64,000 nucleotides of DNA, from positions 14,973 to 78,972 of the forward strand of contig CAWBWE010000006.1 in NCBI GenBank assembly GCA_963792395.1, in the 5' to 3' direction. Below, in pieces: positions 59,159 through 64,000 of this stretch (position 1 is the stretch's first letter; each line of letters begins with the position of its first letter). The DNA is from an uncultured Bacteroidales bacterium (GTDB taxonomy: Bacteria > Bacteroidota > Bacteroidia > Bacteroidales > GCA-2748055). A model generated the notes under the pieces. That model ran no database searches, had not been told where the DNA came from, and saw nothing but the letters and a program-made list of their open reading frames with translations. The position numbers and the translations under genes were made by a program.

Positions 59159-59605
59159 ATGAAAGTCTATCGTATCAGCAAATGGACCTTTGGGGGAATT
59201 TGCGCCCTGATTCTTCTGCTTCCGGTCTCCCGGCACTGGCAGGTATTAACCATGGGCGAACGGACCACGGGGACGGTGACTCAGATGGTGCGGCGAGTCA
59301 TGGAGAACCGGGCGGGTGAGCGATACCCGGTACAGGCCAGCGAGATTGAGTTTATGGTGAGTGACAGTCTCTACCTTACCTACGGGCCCTCTAACTATGA
59401 ATACAACAAGGGACGCCGGCTTACCATCCTCTATATGCGGAAAGATCCCTCGGAGAACTGTGTTTTCACCTTCACCGGATTCTACCTGAACAACTATGTG
59501 GTCTTACCCATTATCCTGCTCACGGTCTGGTATGCCTTCTACCTTTCTTTTAACCACTACTACAGGCGCTTAAAGATACCGAACAAGCGGATCCCTAAGA
59601 TATGA
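59159..59605 (+). CDS. DUF3592-like membrane protein
   Basis: TM - GERTTGTV...IEF...Y.KG..LTILY...DP - TM architecture. Confidence 0.65.
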   Translation: MKVYRISKWTFGGICALILLLPVSRHWQVLTMGERTTGTVTQMVRRVMENRAGERYPVQASEIEFMVSDSLYLTYGPSNYEYNKGRRLTILYMRKDPSENCVFTFTGFYLNNYVVLPIILLTVWYAFYLSFNHYYRRLKIPNKRIPKI

Positions 59606-59624
59606 TCGGGGTTAAGGATCTGGC

Positions 59625-60038
59625 TCAGGCCTTTCTTTTCAGTATCCATTCCTTGTAATAGGAATAGAACAGCAGCAATAGTCCGGAGAATAGTAAAGGA
59701 CTGTGAAACCATATAATGTTAATAGACTCCTTTGCCCAGATGACACAGATGAGTGTGGTAAAGAAAAGAATCAGGATGGGACCCAGCCTTTTTCTTTTCC
59801 AGGAGATCACAAAGGAATTCACTACCAGGAGTTCCAACAGGAAGATTGCAAAGACCATATAATCTTTCCGGACATCCAGTACCTTTTCTATTAGCTCGCT
59901 CACAATGCTCCCTCCGATAAAAAGTATCAGGAATACAACGGTGGTGATTCCCAAAATCTGTGCAAACCAGAATAAGAATCGGCCCAGGCGATAATGTTCG
60001 TCTAAATTCATCAAGCTGCTTTTTGAGTATACCAACAA
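59625..60038 (-). CDS. Small four-TM hypothetical membrane protein
   Basis: Hydrophobic ORF; likely ATG at 60011. Confidence 0.6.
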   Translation of the reverse strand: MLVYSKSSLMNLDEHYRLGRFLFWFAQILGITTVVFLILFIGGSIVSELIEKVLDVRKDYMVFAIFLLELLVVNSFVISWKRKRLGPILILFFTTLICVIWAKESINIIWFHSPLLFSGLLLLFYSYYKEWILKRKA

Positions 60039-60080
60039 GTTAGCATATTTCCAAATTTAACCAAACAGTTAAAATATATC

Positions 60081-60109
60081 GAAAAGCCCCCTGAATAAGG
60101 AGGCTTTTC
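60081..60109 (-). terminator. Intrinsic terminator
   Basis: gaaaagcc...ggcttttc hairpin downstream of the minus-strand lipoprotein. Confidence 0.7.
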
Positions 60110-60135
60110 TTATCACTGGATCATCTATTAAACGA

Positions 60136-60783
60136 TTAATACTTTATCCTACCGGTTACGGTAACTTCACCTGTACCAAACTCGGTTCCCGGTGGTGGCA
60201 TACCGGGAACCGTTTTAACAAATAACCCATCCCATAGAAAAGTTCCGCTTACTTCCGCGAATCTTCCCGTACCTCCGGTAAATATACCATGAGTTAATAT
60301 TTCTGTTGGAGGATCATCCTGGTGATCAGCTGTCCCATAATAGGTTGCAGTCAATTTATCCCCATTGGCGGCTGTAAAGGTTATTTCACCCTGTCCATAA
60401 CTATCTGGATCAATAAGACCAGGATAAGGATAAAACTTAGTCCACCATTGGAAAATTTCAAATTCCGTCCTGCCAAGATGTGTGGCATTTCCGCTTCCCT
60501 GAATTTCGACCCACATCCCACCAGCCGGCGCTGTTAACATCCAATCAGTCTGGTAGTCCAATTGCATCACCGGACCATAGTGATCTACAACAGCAGCTAA
60601 TTCAAATGTGGCTTTAAAAGGCACATAGTGATCTCCTTTGCACTTCTGTTTACTAGCTTTCGCACTTTTTAGAGAAACGTTGTCAGCAGCGTTTAGAGTT
60701 TCGGGTTTTATTTCCTCCTTGGAACAACCCGCGATGAGCAATAGCACTAGGCCAAACATTAAAACACATTTGAGTTTTCTCAT
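60136..60783 (-). CDS. Hypothetical lipoprotein, dirigent/allene-oxide-cyclase-like beta barrel suspected
   Basis: IAGC lipobox; G.GNATHLG, TFTAANGDKL, FTGGTGRFA..SG. Confidence 0.7.
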   Translation of the reverse strand: MRKLKCVLMFGLVLLLIAGCSKEEIKPETLNAADNVSLKSAKASKQKCKGDHYVPFKATFELAAVVDHYGPVMQLDYQTDWMLTAPAGGMWVEIQGSGNATHLGRTEFEIFQWWTKFYPYPGLIDPDSYGQGEITFTAANGDKLTATYYGTADHQDDPPTEILTHGIFTGGTGRFAEVSGTFLWDGLFVKTVPGMPPPGTEFGTGEVTVTGRIKY

Positions 60784-61126
60784 TACTTAAGTAATTTTTG
60801 GTTAAAACCATATAAGTTATTGATAATTAGAGTTTCTATCAAATAAAACTCATCAGTATTTGAGTGTTTGACAACATCTGCATCTCAAGGATTGAAAATG
60901 CTGCCCTTAGTCCCTTTAACCAGATCTTATGGCGGAACAGGCTGTCAGTTTCTGCGGATCATTTTATTCATCCCTTCCTCCAGAATGTGGTTCTTTTAGA
61001 CCTGCTTCGCAGGGTGATAATAACAGACTCCGGAAAACGATGGTATTGTTCTGCATTCAATATATGGATTTGTTCACCTGCTTTGCTTATCTTCAATGCT
61101 CCTTAACTTTATCTAAACACGCCACT

Positions 61127-62302
61127 ATGAAACGCTCAAGCCTCAGTTTTATAACATGCATCGCCTTAGTCTTCTTTCTTGGTCTCGGCTCTGTTAAGGC
61201 CCAGGAATCCATGCTCTGCGTGGGTGGACACTGGACCGAGGATGAAGCAAATCTGATGATGAAAGAATTCCGCTCCAGCTGGAACGATCTGGAGTCCTGG
61301 GAGGCCCGGGCGGAGACGATCCGGGAAGGGATCATAGATGGAATGCAATTGGAAAAAATGCCGGTGATCGAAGGGCAGTTCCATCCGGTGATCCATCACC
61401 GCCGGGAGATGGACGGCTATGTGGTGGAAAACATAGCCATTGAGAGCTTCCCCGGATTCTGGATCACCGGGAATCTCTATACCCCTCTTCAAGCTCAGGA
61501 TAAAAATCCAGCCGTGCTTTGTCCCCACGGACATGCTGCAGACAAGCGCTTCACCCCAGATGTTCAGATCCGGAGTGCTGCCCTGGCCCGAATGGGCGCC
61601 ATTGTTTTTGCCTACGATATGGTCGGTTACGGGGAGTCGCAGCAGGTCACGCACCGGATGCCCATTGCCCTTTTGCTGCAGACCTACAACAGCAGGCGTG
61701 TGCTGGAGTATCTTTTGTCCAGGCCGGATGTGGACCCGGAACGGATCGGGATGACCGGGGGATCGGGTGGCGGGACCCAGACCTTTATGCTGACGGCCAT
61801 CGATAAGCGGATCACTGTCTCGGCACCCGTGGTACAGGTATCGGCACATTTTTTCGGTGGGTGCGTCTGCGAAAGCGGAATGCCGGTTCACAAGAGCGAC
61901 CACCACCAGACCAATAACGTGGAGATCGCTGCGCTCTGTGCCCCCCGTCCCCTGCTGCTGGTCTCCAACGGAGGCGACTGGACCCGCAATACCCCGCGCA
62001 TTGAGTTCCCCTACATCCAGCAGGTCTATGCCCTGTATGATAAGGAAAACAGGGTGGAGAATGTGCACCTGCCCCTGGAGAAACACGACTACGGACCCTC
62101 TAAACGGGCTGCCGCCTATAACTTCCTGGGGCATCACCTGGGCCTCCGAATGGGAGCCCTCCCCTATGACAAGGGATACCGGGAGGACTTCGTGACTATC
62201 CTGGACCGGAACCAGCTTCAGGTCCTGGATAAGGAACATACCCTGCCCGCAGATGCCCTCCAGGGCGACGAGGCGGTGATGGAATACCTTGGAATCCGCT
62301 AG
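61127..62302 (+). CDS. Acetylxylan-esterase-like alpha/beta hydrolase
   Basis: ESFPG...GNLY.P, LCPHGH, IGMTGGSGGGTQT nucleophile elbow, APRPLL, HDYG. Confidence 0.85.
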   Translation: MKRSSLSFITCIALVFFLGLGSVKAQESMLCVGGHWTEDEANLMMKEFRSSWNDLESWEARAETIREGIIDGMQLEKMPVIEGQFHPVIHHRREMDGYVVENIAIESFPGFWITGNLYTPLQAQDKNPAVLCPHGHAADKRFTPDVQIRSAALARMGAIVFAYDMVGYGESQQVTHRMPIALLLQTYNSRRVLEYLLSRPDVDPERIGMTGGSGGGTQTFMLTAIDKRITVSAPVVQVSAHFFGGCVCESGMPVHKSDHHQTNNVEIAALCAPRPLLLVSNGGDWTRNTPRIEFPYIQQVYALYDKENRVENVHLPLEKHDYGPSKRAAAYNFLGHHLGLRMGALPYDKGYREDFVTILDRNQLQVLDKEHTLPADALQGDEAVMEYLGIR

Positions 62303-62381
62303 TCAGCTCCACAATCCTTGAGTTTTCTTGACTTTCCACCTCCTTTTCGGTAACTTTAATGATTATCTATATCCTCTACTT

Positions 62382-63332
62382 ATGAAACCGATTTGGAAGT
62401 TACCCCTGTTGCTGCTACTGGCGGCATCTTTTCTTACCAGCTGTTTTAAAGAAGACCCGCCGGTGATCATAGACATTCCGGATCAGCTGTTCCTGGACGC
62501 ACTCATTGAACTGGGGCTGGACACGGACGGGGATGGCAAAATCAGCACAGAGGAAGCGGAAGTGGTCACCTATTTAAATGTGGGAGAGCGAGACCTTACC
62601 GATTTAACAGGAATAGAGAAATTTATCAACCTGGAAAGGCTGATCTGCTACGATAACGAGTTAAATAGCCTGGATCTAACAAAAAATACTGCCCTGGAGG
62701 CACTCATTTGCGATCGCAATAATCTTACCAGTTTATATCTGGGCTTTCAAATAGGACTTACGGAGCTTGCCTGCTCGAACAATGAGCTAAGCACCCTGGA
62801 TTTAACAGGAAATCCTGCGTTGGAGGTCCTCAGTTGCAGTAGCAACGAGATTACAAGTCTGAACATCTCCAATTGTTTTTCTCTGGAGAGTTTGCACTGT
62901 GAAAATAATCAATTAAGCAGCCTGGACCTGACTAAGAATGCACGCCTGGTCGAACTGGGTTGCGGAGGGAACCTGCTGACCAGTCTGGATCTTTCCAGTA
63001 ATACATTCCTGGACGAACTGAACTGCATTACGAACCAGCTGGCCACCCTGGATCTGTCCAACAATCCAAATCTGGAAACACTCAATTGTTTCGGAAACCT
63101 TCTGACCACCCTGGATCTCTCGGAGAATCCACTATTGGAAGAAGTGCGCTGTCATGCAAATTATCTGTTTGATCTGGATATTTCCATGAACACCGCTCTG
63201 GAGTATATAAATATGCGATCCATGCCCTCCCTGGTTACCGTATGTGTATGGGTCCTTCCTTTCCCCCCGGAAAGTGTGGAGGTGGATATGCACGGAAGCC
63301 CCAATATTATCTTTACCACCGAGTGTAATTAG
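62382..63332 (+). CDS. Leucine-rich-repeat lipoprotein (paralog 3)
   Basis: LTSC lipobox; DTDGDGKISTEEA; LRRs; VCVWVLPFPP...GSPNIIFTTEC. Confidence 0.9.
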   Translation: MKPIWKLPLLLLLAASFLTSCFKEDPPVIIDIPDQLFLDALIELGLDTDGDGKISTEEAEVVTYLNVGERDLTDLTGIEKFINLERLICYDNELNSLDLTKNTALEALICDRNNLTSLYLGFQIGLTELACSNNELSTLDLTGNPALEVLSCSSNEITSLNISNCFSLESLHCENNQLSSLDLTKNARLVELGCGGNLLTSLDLSSNTFLDELNCITNQLATLDLSNNPNLETLNCFGNLLTTLDLSENPLLEEVRCHANYLFDLDISMNTALEYINMRSMPSLVTVCVWVLPFPPESVEVDMHGSPNIIFTTECN

Positions 63333-63347
63333 CAGTATTTTTTGATC

Positions 63348-64000
63348 CTAGGAATCGATCCGGTAGACCTTTCTGAAGTGATACCCGTAGATGCTGTACG
63401 TAACCGCCAGCGGAAATATATCCGGCCGCCTGCTCAGGCTCCAGAAAAGGAGTCTCCAGTAATACCTCCTGCTGCGGTCCAGAATGCCCAGATAAAAGAC
63501 CGAACGCAGAAAGGCCAGCATATTTTCTCTGTTGACACGTGCGCGGTTCACTGTCCCTGGCTTGAAGTGTTTCAGGAATCCCTTCAGCCGTTCATGGTAA
63601 GCTTTGCTGGAGTAGATACTATCCAGTATTTTCTGGTAGCCAACAAGCAGTACTTCCTTCTTCATTTTTGGAACAAAATTCATGGTGTAGTTGGTATTGT
63701 CACCCTGATGTGTCCAGAGGATCCTCCCTTCGTTCTTCAGACGCTGGTAAAGTTTGGTACGACTGGGTGCATTCAGCAAACCCACCATGGCAGTGATAAT
63801 CCCGCTTCGCTGGATAAAATCGATTTGCCGCTGGAAAATACTGGAGTTATCGTTGTCGAATCCCACAATAAATCCCGCTGAAACTTCGATACCGGCTGCC
63901 TGGATGGCGCTTACGCTCTCCAGTAAATCACGCCCTGTATTCAGTTTTTTGTTGCACTCTTTCAAACTCTCTTCATCGGGAGTTTCAATTCCCACAAAAA
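63348..64000 (-). CDS. B12-binding radical SAM protein with DUF4070 C-terminus, 3' part only
   Basis: FVGIETP.EESL.EC.K..N, GFIVGFDND, AMVGLLNAP..T.LYQRL..EGR, GYHFRK. Confidence 0.85.
   Translation of the reverse strand, partial: FVGIETPDEESLKECNKKLNTGRDLLESVSAIQAAGIEVSAGFIVGFDNDNSSIFQRQIDFIQRSGIITAMVGLLNAPSRTKLYQRLKNEGRILWTHQGDNTNYTMNFVPKMKKEVLLVGYQKILDSIYSSKAYHERLKGFLKHFKPGTVNRARVNRENMLAFLRSVFYLGILDRSRRYYWRLLFWSLSRRPDIFPLAVTYSIYGYHFRKVYRIDS

Noticed and set aside
1-64000. Mobile elements, prophage, tRNA/rRNA or defence systems
   Set aside because: No integrase, transposase, phage structural gene, structured RNA gene or recognisable defence gene was seen by eye.

Overview
Chromosomal fragment from a Bacteroidota (Bacteroidales-like) genome, judged from a SusD gene, TAnnTTTG promoters and many lipoproteins. 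It holds about 62 CDS. I saw no rRNA, tRNA, CRISPR array or mobile element. Clustered single-base frameshifts look like long-read assembly errors. The main discovery is a recurring ECF-sigma-type promoter motif, GT(G/T)AC(C/T)-N15-GTCnnAA, found at 11 sites between 1.9 and 37 kb, each just upstream of a start codon on the coding strand. It defines a candidate, apparently uncharacterised stress regulon built around two paralogous ECF sigma factors that lack a recognisable adjacent anti-sigma, plus a PAS histidine kinase/LuxR pair. Putative members are: a helical lipoprotein plus L,D-transpeptidase cluster (possible Lpp-like peptidoglycan tether), two USPs, a DUF2934 protein with a histone-like tail, DUF502/TerC, an amidohydrolase/DUF1704 peptidase/GshB-like ATP-grasp triad, a PLP enzyme/DUF1611/PP-loop-creatininase fusion/dipeptide epimerase operon, MscS-type proteins and tandem MgtE genes. 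The rest of the window has three paralogous LRR lipoproteins, a serpin, a serine hydrolase, an orphan SusD with a CBM5/12-like insert, a GH78, a tricorn protease and other accessory genes. All family assignments come from motif recognition by eye, not from database searches.
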